Part shown: positions 53,571-63,643 of the stretch, one piece after another
How positions within the stretch are numbered: position 1 is the stretch's first letter
Layout of the letters: every line of letters begins with the position of its first letter
Assembly (NCBI RefSeq): GCF_030028105.1
Contig: NC_092382.1
Coordinates: 98,162,699-98,226,698, forward strand
Direction of reading: 5' to 3'
DNA length: 64,000 nucleotides
Origin: Mobula birostris
Lineage: Eukaryota
Position numbers and translations under genes: made by a program
The notes under the pieces: model-generated
The model's input: only the letters and a program-made list of their open reading frames with translations
Told to the model about the DNA's origin: nothing
The model's database searches: none

Positions 53571-55403
53571 CTTCCTTGGCGGGTTTATTCTCTCAGCGAT
53601 GAAAGCGCTGCGTGCATCAGAGACGAATCCATTCACTTCATCCCCGCTTGTTACTTATCCCAGTGACGTAGGTGGATTTGCGGAAGTAGCGATCAGACAC
53701 GCCCCTTCTATAAGCCTACGAGGGATGCGTTGCTTCCGTTCCAATTTGACCACCCAACAGTCTCGCTCTCTCTCCATATCACTCCCTCCTTGTTTCTCCC
53801 TTTGCCCGCTATATCTCAATCCGTACTTTTTCAAAAAAGATTTGTCTCCAAATATTTTGTTCTGAACCTACCACCCCTCGCAGTTCTGACGTATTGTCTC
53901 GGTAACATCGACTTCTTATTCCGCTCCATAGATGCTGCCTGGCGTGCTGAGTCCCACCGGCGTTTCTTGTTTGTTGGACATAGGACAGAGAGTACACGTC
54001 TCCCAACCACCACCTCCCACAGTCAGTGCCGGGTTGTAGCCCTGCATAGTTCTTCCAGAACTATTTAGAACGAATGTGTACGTCCGGTCCAAATCAGCTA
54101 AATGCGCACCTGACTCTTTCCCCAGCGGAATTCTCTCCATCTCGCTCGCTCTCCCTCTCTGAAGATTATCCCCAAATTCTTCATGAACGACTCTCAGTCA
54201 CTGATAAGTTGAAGTTGTTTGTCGTGTGGATTCCCCCCTTCTGTTTCTGCCCAGGATCACTCTAACCCTCTCCCTGTCTACCGTCCTGAAACAACAGTTG
54301 TCACCTGTGAGCTGTGATTATCTTTTCTGTCCGTGCTTTTGTCTGATTATGCATATGTGTACGCATGTGTTTGTCTTTCTATCTATCTTTTTAACCTGTC
54401 TGTCTATCTATCTATCTCTCTAACCATCTATCTAACAATCTATGTCTCTTCCTGTCTATCTGTTTGCCAATACATCGATTGATATATCTCTCTATATATA
54501 TATATCTAGACTTTGCCGATTAATTCTCTGTTTGCAGAACAACTTTGTCCTGTCAGGCAGGCCCCATGAACCGATGGGGAGGAGGGGGTTACGTCACAGA
54601 CAGGCCTGCCTCCGGCGTAGATGACAAGGTGCCCAAGAAGGGTCGGATGGAAGGGAGGTAGGTGCAGGGAGACTGCATATAGTTGGAAGTCTCAGTCTAG
54701 TTGACCTCACTGGAAAGGTTTGATCAACACGGTCATGTAACGAAGAACCGGCTGTGAAGTTCCTTGGACAGAAGAATTTCTCTCACCTGGACGTTTCGGG
54801 AAGAACGTAAGAGCAACGCCTGCGCCATGTACTCTGACGAATAACAGCACCATGCCGTCTGAGTGAAAACCTCGTCCTGCATGACAGTCGGCTCACCGGT
54901 TTTCTTGCTGACGACAGGCTTCTGTTGTGCGTGAAAGATTTCCATTCCTTAGGTCCCTGAGAGCACAACCAACCGAGCGTGGGACAGGCAGTTCACTCAG
55001 GGGTCCCTGTTCCTCAACACTTCACACCACTCACTTTGTATGTCCTACCCTTGTACACTTCTGTCCCTCGGTCCATTGATACTCCCACCACTCAGAGTGT
55101 GTCCTTCCCTTGGACACCCAGGTCCCTCTGTTTGTCAACACATCAAGTGTCCGAGGATTTTGAGTTTCGACTGATGGATGTCGAGGATTTAGAGCGAAGG
55201 ATCTAAGAATCGCGAATTCCGATGGAGGTAGTTTCTATATAGTCTGATCATCGGACAGAAGCTTTCACCCAAAAAAAAAACAGAACGGGTGCTAACATAT
55301 CTGTGCAGAATCGCTTCCGCCATTTTAATGCATAACAATAGAAATACATGACAACAGCAGCTGCGATATCGTCGCCCTTTATTTGTCTCAGTGGCAGCAT
55401 CGC

Positions 55404-55418
55404 AGCGCCATCTGTCGG
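55404..55418 (-). promoter_or_regulatory. CTCF-like motif 3' of V3 RSS
   Basis: CCGACAGATGGCGCT; 41 nt beyond the nonamer. Confidence 0.62.
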
Positions 55419-55459
55419 ACAGCATCACACCCGCACTTCGATTGACATCAAGACGGTGA

Positions 55460-55498
55460 GGTTTTTGCTCAGCTCCCCCGTCTGACCCAGTCACTGTG
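55460..55498 (-). other. 23-RSS of V3
   Basis: CACAGTG, 23-nt spacer, GCAAAAACC. Confidence 0.92.
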
Positions 55499-56091
55499 AT
55501 CACTCCAGGCACAGGAGTACACGCCTGACGAATTCGCCTCCAAGGTGACGGAGCTCAGCCTGAAGATGTAGCTGCTCGGTCTCTCTGCGGTAAAGCCGGA
55601 CAGCGGCCTCTTTGCTTGCACGTTGCCGGCAACCACAGCGTAGAAAAAGTTCTCCAGCCCCTGCCCCGGGTATTGTCTGTACCAGAACATCGTATCAGCC
55701 GTGTTGCTACTCCCCTCGATAGTACAGTTCAGCGTCACAGCCCGGCCGGTCGGACCGGAGAAAGCTGGGATCTGCTGGATCGTCACCGCGGTCACATCTG
55801 AAGAAGAGAGTGGGAGTGAAAAGAGGTGAGTATGTGGCCGGCGAGAACGACGGTGTGGAGAAGGGGGAGGATTGAAGTTGGGATATTTTCGGGTGCGGTC
55901 GCGATGGAGAGGTTTCGGCTCAGGAAGTTCACGTTGAGGATGGGAATGTGCGGAGACAAGCGGCGAATGAGACAGAGAAGGCACAGGACGGGAGAATGTG
56001 AGGATTATGAGAAAGGAAGCGAGAGAGGAAAAAGTGTCAGCAAATTTCCCTCACAGTGGAAGGAGACGATCAGTTGCAGAAGCAGGAACAT
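55499..56091 (-). CDS. TCR V segment V3 (family B, TRBV30-like CAWS ending), apparently intact; leader 56091-56055, V exon 55797-55499
   Basis: Leader MFLLLQLIVSFH ending T|GTGAGG; VTLNC / MFWYRQ / GFTAERPSSYIFRLSS / GVYSCAWS; canonical heptamer. Confidence 0.88.
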
Positions 56092-56770
56092 CTTCTCTGG
56101 AGGATAATTCCATCCCAAGTGAAAGTGTTGTGTCCAGGAGCATTGAATCCACTCCCTTCAGTCCCGCTTGTCATATCACTCAGTGACCTAAATGGTCATT
56201 GGTGATACGGATGGCCGCGCCCTCACTTTCTTTCATGAATCTGAATCCAGGCATGCGCTGTTATACTCTGCCGAATCATCATTGTCCCTTCTTGTCTTAC
56301 CACATCCCTTTCTCATCGATCAATAAGTAGTGATTTCACCGTCCATTCTCTTCTTCCTTATCTTTCCTTCTTTCGCTCTCTCTCTCTCCTTGCATCACTT
56401 TGTTGGCCAGGGTGATATTAAAATATGGAAGACAACGTTGAAAGCGAATGGGTTAAGGGCAGTGGAAGGAGGCAGATCAATTGTCTTTGTTTCTTCCATG
56501 TGCTTGGGGATGGAGGTTGCCATGTTTTAGAAATGTGGAACTCACTCCCTCCCCCTCTCCTCCCCCCATGAATATAGCTCTAGCTGATTTTCTGTCTACT
56601 CATAATTCTCTTATCGGTCCATTGGTTTATTTTTATATGTATCTGTGTACTTTTGTGTGAATAAACAGGTATCATGTCTCAAATTATGATCGTAGATTTG
56701 CTTTATTTCTTTCATCTACAGGGAATGTCAACGACCATCACAGTTCTGTTGTACAGATAGATCGAAACAC

Positions 56771-56830
56771 AATCAGATAGAGAGAGAGAGATAGAGAGAT
56801 AGTATGATAGATAGATAGATAGATAGATAG
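56771..56830. repeat. (GA)/(GATA)n microsatellite
   Basis: Seen directly. Confidence 0.85.
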
Positions 56831-57883
56831 TCTCCGAACTGTCAACTCCCATAAGTCCATACGAGCAGAATGATGTCAGGCACTTCACCATCACTGATCC
56901 ATTCACCTCTCAGCCCAATTTCCTGCCTTCTCCCCGTATCCCGTCACGTTCCGAATAATCAGGAAGCTATCATCCTCTATCCTAAATATACATGAAGGCA
57001 TGGCCTCGGCAGCCGCCTCAGTAAACGAATTCTCTGATTAAAATCATTCCTCCTCATCTCCATTTTAAATGGACATCCGTATCCATAATTAAGAAACGTT
57101 CACCTTCTGCCTGAAATATATCCAAAGACACCCGTGCAATGAATTCATGGATTCACGACCCTCTGGCTGCATAAACCCTCGTTGTATTTCAAGCCCCTAG
57201 TTTAGACGATAGCGTTTCAGATCTCTTCGACAATCTTTATTTTTCTTTATATATAAATAAAACATAGAACATTTGTATCGTATTATGGCGAACGACACAA
57301 TAGCCGATGCTCCAGATACCGCAGAGCTCCCTGAACTGTAATGGTTTGCTTGCGTGGGCCTGGCGAGTTACTGCGCATGCGGCCGATTGATTGCGCAATG
57401 AATAGATCGGGCCAGCTGCTGGCGGAGGTCTATCTGTATTTTACGTGCCAGGCTCCGAGTGCGCGTCTTTTCGTCTCGGCGGAATCGCGTCGTAGCTCCA
57501 GAACTGTCCACTGCAGAGCCTGGACGTTTACCAACATGAGTGAAGAAACAGTTTTAATCATAGAACTCTATTTTTTGTTCTTGTCCCACGCATACGTAAC
57601 ACTCCCCAGCTCTATAAACGCTCCGATTGATGAAGTCCTAATTGCCAAGTATTTCTCCCGCTGCCGAGACAACCTGTGACGCAGTCTTCACCGTGGTGCT
57701 TTGCATTGTTCTATGGATCAGAGGAAAATAATATTAAAAAGTGCTGAAAGGCACGGGAAGGCGTGCAGTGCAGGGAATGGTGAATAAAAGACAGGGACCT
57801 GGAGGCCGGAGCTGAATAATACCGGAACAGGGCAAAGTGATTCATCTGCCAGATGCAAAATGAGTTGTGAAACGCAATCTGAT

Positions 57884-57898
57884 GCTGCCCCCTAGTGG
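57884..57898 (-). promoter_or_regulatory. CTCF-like motif 3' of V4
   Basis: CCACTAGGGGGCAGC; 39 nt beyond the nonamer-like sequence. Confidence 0.7.
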
Positions 57899-57957
57899 GG
57901 CCAAGCTGTTTATAAACCTCTGATCGATAGGGAAGATGTTTTTTGCCCAGCTCTGTG

Positions 57958-58262
57958 CACTACTACAAGCGCAGAAGAACACGTCGGAGTGGGGGGCGAG
58001 ATGCCTTTCACATCCAGTTTGAACAGCGTTCTGCTAGTTATACTGGCCCTGTTGGACTCGGCTGTGTACCTTGTGAGGATACCTTGCCCGGCAGAGAAGT
58101 AAAAAGCTTCTATTGCTTTGCGTTGTCTCTGTCTGTACCAAATCATTTTGCTATAGTCGGTATTGAACAGCGTGCACGTGACGTTGACTGACACCCCCCC
58201 CCCCGCCCCAACTCCAATTGACAAGGAGGGAGCCGCCTGTTCCACGTACGCGGCCAGAACCC
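57958..58262 (-). pseudogene. TCR V pseudogene V4 (family A)
   Basis: G-tract expansion in FR1; 1-nt deletion at 57991-57996 shifts the frame before DVFFCACS; heptamer CACAGAG only 4 nt from GCAAAAAAC; no intact leader found. Confidence 0.85.
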
Positions 58263-58709
58263 CTGTACGACGGAATATCTACTAGACTCTTACTTTCTCT
58301 CAGAAATCAACCAAGTGTTCTGCAACGACAGAGAGAAGGAACTCGCGTATCTAACATTACCAGCCTCCATTAGGAAATCTAGTTATAAATCATTTCTACA
58401 AACACAACATCGTTTATTTTTTTATTATCGGCGGAGGCGCAGGAAAAATAGACAATGGTTTGAACCTCGTCCCTGCAAATATCATTTTAAGTGTTGCTGT
58501 AGGTCAACAGGAATTGCCAAACTCCTTCAGGTTCGTGAGAAATTCGAGGCGCTCTTTGTTTTTTGTGTGAAGTCTTCCTGAATTACTTGGGGCATCCTTG
58601 TTTGTTTTGCTTGATTGGGTGTATTACGCACTGTGTTGTGCGGCTGGGAAGATCAAATGTAATTGCAGTGTTAAGCTGGACGCGTCTTGGAGATTGAAGC
58701 ACAATGTAC

Positions 58710-58724
58710 TGCGACATCTAGTGG
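58710..58724 (-). promoter_or_regulatory. CTCF-like motif 3' of V5 RSS
   Basis: CCACTAGATGTCGCA (one core mismatch); 40 nt beyond the nonamer. Confidence 0.55.
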
Positions 58725-58764
58725 TGGAAAACTCGGGTTCTGAGCCTTCAGCGACTGTGCAGGA

Positions 58765-58803
58765 AGTTTTTGTCAGAGGCGGCTCGGCTTCTCAACCTCT
58801 GTG
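58765..58803 (-). other. 23-RSS of V5
   Basis: CACAGAG, 23-nt spacer, ACAAAAACT. Confidence 0.88.
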
Positions 58804-59253
58804 CGCTACTACAGGCGCAGAAGTAGACGGCCGAGTGAGAGTGCGAGGCGTTCTTTAGCTCCAGTTGAAAGAAAGTGCTGTTGGGTCTTGTTGCCGCGTA
58901 GGATTCCGACGTGTAACTGTTGACTAAATCTTTCGCAGCAGAATAGAAAAGAGCTTCTATTGCCCCGTCCGGTCGCTTTCTGTACCAGTACATATAGGGA
59001 TAGCCCGAATTCAGCAGGGTGCATTGGACGGTGTTTGACTCTCCCAATCCAACTGACAGGGAAGGGGGCGACTGCTCGACGTACACGGCCAGAATCCCTG
59101 AAAGGGAGAAATTCCATTAGAGCCTAATTTCTCTCAACAAATGGTAGCCCGTTCTCCGAACCTGAGTTACCTTCCCCTGAACCATTGTTATCCTGACTTA
59201 CGCGGGATCAATGCCACGATCAGCGGAATACAATATGTCCCTCGCATCATCAT
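58804..59253 (-). CDS. TCR V segment V5 (family A), apparently intact; leader 59253-59202, V exon 59097-58804
   Basis: Leader MMMRGTYCIPLIVALIP ending C|GTAAGT; 104-nt intron; TVQC / YWYRK / AVYFCACS. Confidence 0.88.
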
Positions 59254-62200
59254 TGACAGGGTAGAATCTGGCGGGCTTTGGGATGGACTACCTTTCAAGA
59301 CCAGCTTTCAGAAGTAATGTACTGCGTTGCTCGATATTATTGCTGTTACCCAATGGTCCTATGACGTCTGTCACTTCCTGTGTAACTGATGGGCGGTACG
59401 TTTTCCTTCTGTCGTCATTCGAAAGCCGGAAGAGAGTGGAGGTCGCAGTTTCTGCAGTGTCGCTTTCGNNNNNNNNNNNNNNNNNNNNNNNNNNNNNNNN
59501 NNNNNNNNNNNNNNNNNNNNNNNNNNNNNNNNNNNNNNNNNNNNNNNNNNNNNNNNNNNNNNNNNNNNNNNNNNNNNNNNNNNNNNNNNNNNNNNNNNNN
59601 NNNNNNNNNNNNNNNNNNNNNNNNNNNNNGAGACATACACAGTTACACACTCACAAACACATAGATACATAAAAGCGATTTCGTGCTGGGTGAATGAAGC
59701 AGCTGTCGTTTTACATCAGCTATGCGAAAACCGCTTGCCGTTCCTATTGAGAACAGAAACAAGCAATAATGCTCAATATATTGCACACCCAATGCAGGAT
59801 CTATCGCTTCTTGGAAAGGAATACGGCGAAAAAGAAGGAGNNNNNNNNNNNNNNNNNNNNNNNNNNNNNNNNNNNNNNNNNNNNNNNNNNNNNNNNNNNN
59901 NNNNNNNNNNNNNNNNNNNNNNNNNNNNNNNNNNNNNNNNNNNNNNNNNNNNNNNNNNNNNNNNNNNNNNNNNNNNNNNNNNNNNNNNNNNNNNNNNNNN
60001 NNNNNNNNNNNNNNNNNNNNNNNNNNNNNNNNNNNNNNNNNNNNNNNNNNNNGAATTATCCGCAATGCATCCCTGTGTGTCTACTGTCTCACTGACTCTG
60101 GACCCGCAGTCTGAAAGAGCGTGGAAATCACAGGGAATTTCGTGGCGACTCGATGCAGAAGTTGTGGTTATACGGCAACAAAAGAACGTCGTTTGTCTCC
60201 TGGTAGGCAAATAAGCGAAAGATCAACAGCAACTCAGTATGCTCCTGCCTCGGGTCGGGCAATCGCTCCTCCAGACGGAATACTGCGAAAGATGGGAAGG
60301 TGCAGCGGAAGTCTGCAGAGGCGATAGTAAAGAGAACACAACATACACTCAGTGGCCTCATTACTAGCTACAGCTACGCACTGACTACATAGATATCCGT
60401 CTCTCTCCGTTGACAACCTGCTCTAACATCCATGGTGCGGTCAATTATTGTGTCGTTTTCAAACTTACAAACCCATCCATCCACGTTTTCATTCAAGCTA
60501 CTCAAACGACGTGGACACATTATTAGACATCTCCACACCAAATCGTTCGTGCAAATGTCTCATCAGTCAATCCTGTGGCAGCAAGTTAATGCATAAGAGC
60601 ATGCAGAAATGGTCAAGAGGTTCTATTGCTGTTCGGCCGAAACATCAGAATAGGGAGGAAATGTGATCTAATTTACTTTGACTGAAGAATGCTTATTGAT
60701 GCCAAACCGGGAGAGCTGCGTATTTCAGAAACGACTGAAATCCTCGGATATTCACACACAACGTACTTTACTGTTTACAGAGACTGGAACGAAAAACTGT
60801 TGTGGTAATTATGCGGGTGAAAGTGCCCTGTCAATGCCCGAGTTTAGAGGAGAACGGCCAGACTCTTTCAAGCTGAGGGGAAGGCGACAGTAATTCAAGT
60901 GACCACGTGTGCTCATTATATTGGACCTTGGTGAGGATGGGCTGCAACAGCAGAGTACCACGATCACACAGTGAGTGGCCATTTTATTATGTACAGGAGG
61001 CCACCAAAGGGATGTTGGCCCCATTAATTACACATGTACACAAGACATAGATGTATGTGCGAGATGTTAGTATTTGTACTTTTACAGATGCACCGGTATA
61101 ATAATTGCGCGTTGCTGCGTGCCGTTCGAGTAGGACAATGTGCAGCGATAAACAGAGTACTGCTGCCCCCACATGGCGAAAATCCCGTTCTGCACCTCTT
61201 GGTGAATAGGACCAAGATCTTTCGTGGTTTGAGACTCGCGGTCTAGCGCTGTTGCTGGCGTGTGGAAAAGTGCAACATTGGACGTTTCAGGCCGAGATCC
61301 TTCAGCAGTACTGAGAGTGGAAAGTGGACGGAGCAGGGGTGGAGGATAATGCCTGAACTAAAAGTTGCGGGATGGGTAAAAGGCCACTGGAGGTTCATAG
61401 GTGAAGACAGGTGGAAGGGAAAGGTCAAGGCTGGAGTGGGAAGAATATGATAGGAGAGGAGACGGAAAACAGGGAAGGGTAAGGATGAGCGGTCCAAGGG
61501 GGAACTAATAGTCAGGCGAGAAGATATAAAAGGTAACGGTAAGACACTCCATCAGGTTGGAAGGTACAGTACCTAGATGGAATACAAGAGGTTGTTCCTC
61601 TACCTTGAGGGTGGCCTCTTCTTGACCCGAAGGGTCGTCACGGACCGACACGTAGGAAGGTGAAGGGGATTCGGAATTACAATGCTTGGCCACAGTGAAT
61701 TCGCTGTGCAGTTATGCGGTGAAAAGCTTGTTCGCAGAGATCTATTCATAACATTTTGAATTGAGATAGAGAAAGGTAAATTAATAAAATCGTTTACACT
61801 TGCTGCATCTATGAATTTACAGTGAAGAGCTGGTCTTGCATGCAGATCAAATCATAACACAGTGCATTGTTGTAGTATAAGGTACATCAATAATGTTTAA
61901 AATCGACAGAGAAAATCGTACTACAGGTTAACAGGACCAAACAGAGTTAGATTGTGAATTCGGGAGTCTACATTATTTTACCATATTCTCGCATAAGCGG
62001 TCCATTCAAGAGTCGGGTAACCAAGGCAAAGAAGCTGCTGGATGGGTAACCGGAGCCCTTTATGTCCAACGGCTGCTTTACGGAGGAAACACGGTTTATG
62101 GACAGAGGGGGTGTTTGGGCGATGTGCTGAGCTGTGCGCAGGTCTGTCTTGGGTTTCCTGCCATCAACTGCAGAACAGGTGCTATAACAGGCTGTTATTC

Positions 62201-62305
62201 ACCAAAGCCTTTATGCTTCTCGGTGAGATATCTGAGAGACCAGGAGCCCGCGCAGAAAGCCAGCCGAGTGCTGCCCGTTCGTGACAGAAAGGGGCAGCCG
62301 TGCAC

Positions 62306-63355
62306 ATAAAAGTTGCTGGTGAACGCAGCAGGCCAGGCAGCATCTGTAGGAAGAGGTGCAGTCGACGTTTCAGGCCGAGACCCTTCGTCAGGACTAACTG
62401 AAGGAAGAGTGAGTAAAGGATTTGAAAGTTGGAGGGGGAGGGGGAGATCCAAAATGATAGGAGAAGACAGGAGGGGGAGGGATGGAACCAAGAGCTGGAC
62501 AGGTGATTGGCAAAGGGGATATGAGAGGATCATGGGGCAGAAGGTCCGGGAGGAAAGACAAGGGGGGGGACCCAGAGGATGGGCAAGGGGTATATTCAGA
62601 GGGACAGAGGTACACAAAGGAGAGTGAGAGAAAGAATGTGTGTATAAAAATAAGTAACAGATGGGATACGAGGGAGAGGTGGGGCATTAGCGGAAGTTAG
62701 AGAAGTCAATGCTCATGTCATCAGGTTGGAGGCTACCCAGACGGAATATAAGGTGTTGTTCCTCCAACCTGAGTGTGGCTTCATCTTTACAGTAGAGGAG
62801 GCCGTGGATAGATATGTCAGAATGGGAATGGGGTGTGGAATTAAAATGTGTGGCCACTGGGAGATCCTGCTTTCTCTGACGGACCGAGCGTAGGTGTTCA
62901 GCAAAGCGGTCTCCCAGTCTGCGTCCAGTCTCGCCAATATATAAAAGGCCACATCGGGAGCACCGGATGCAGTATATCACCCCAGCCGACTCACAGGTGA
63001 AGTGTTGCCTCACCTTGAAGGACTGTTTGGGGCCCTGAATGGTGGTAAGGGAGGAAGTGTAAGGGCATGTATAGCACTTGTTTCGCTTACACGGATATGT
63101 GCCAGGAGGGAGATCAGTGGGGAGGGATGGGGGGGACGAATGGACAAGGGAATTGCGTAGGGAGCGATCCCTGCGGAATGCAGAGGGAGAGGGGTAGGGA
63201 AAGATGTGCTTAGTGGTGGGATCCCGTTGGAGGTGGCGGAAGTTACGGAGAATAATATGTTGGACCCGGAGGCTGGTGGGATGGTAGGTGAGGACCAGTG
63301 GAACCCTATTCCTAGTGGGGTGGCGGGAGGATGGAGTGAGAGCAGATGTTAGGCA
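62306..63355 (-). mobile_element. Young Penelope-like element, 5'-truncated, with open GIY-YIG endonuclease
   Basis: ORF 62687-63013 VIYCIRCSRCGLLYIGETGRRLGDRFAEH; absent from unit A near 48170; imperfect 18-bp flanking repeat (62288-62305 / 63356-63373). Confidence 0.9.
62359..62396 (-). ncRNA. Minimal type I hammerhead ribozyme motif
   Basis: UAGUC-CUGACGA-A-GGGU(CUCG)GCCU-GAAAC-GUC-GACUG. Confidence 0.72.
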
Positions 63356-63381
63356 AAAGGGATAGCCGTATACGGTCTGGT

Positions 63382-63396
63382 GCTGCCACCTAGTGG
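63382..63396 (-). promoter_or_regulatory. CTCF-like motif 3' of V6 RSS
   Basis: CCACTAGGTGGCAGC; ~35 nt beyond the nonamer. Confidence 0.7.
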
Positions 63397-63431
63397 TACA
63401 ACGTGAAGCTCACTGCGCTTGGCTGGAAGGT

Positions 63432-63470
63432 TTTTTTTGCAGTGGGAGACTCGTTATCTGAAGTTCTGTG
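63432..63470 (-). other. 23-RSS of V6
   Basis: CACAGAA, 23-nt spacer, GCAAAAAAA(ACC) with expanded A tract. Confidence 0.78.
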
Positions 63471-63643
63471 CCGTACTACAAGCGCAGTAGTAGACGGCAG
63501 AGTGGGAGGCCGATGCGTGTCCCAGTTCCAGTTTGAACAGAGTGCTGCTGGGTCTTGCCGCCGTGTAGGAATCGGATGTGTAGTTTTCAACCGAACCTTG
63601 TCCAACAGGATAGAAGACAGCATCTATTGTCCGGTCCCATCGC
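63471..63643 (-). pseudogene. TCR V segment V6 (paralogue of V1), 5' half missing or displaced
   Basis: DRTIDAVFYPVGQGSVENYTSDSYTAARPSSTLFKLELGHASASHSAVYYCACS; similarity to V1 ends at ~63643, before WYRQ. Confidence 0.85.

Larger units (their letters stand above)
59431..63643. repeat. Segmental duplication unit B (paralogue 45255-48540)
   Basis: Collinear with unit A, plus a ~1.05-kb Penelope-like insertion. Confidence 0.9.

Noticed and set aside
48275-59253. Assignment as IgH, NAR-TCR or Vdelta segments
   Set aside because: FR3 RP motif, CAWS ending and decamer-like promoters fit Vbeta better; the assignment still needs a phylogeny
45296-60052. ORFs spanning N runs, and the idea that the N runs mark a false join
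   Set aside because: The ORFs are artefacts of N translation; four of the five gaps sit at paralogous microsatellite-flanked positions and the GPCR/TCR switch lies outside them
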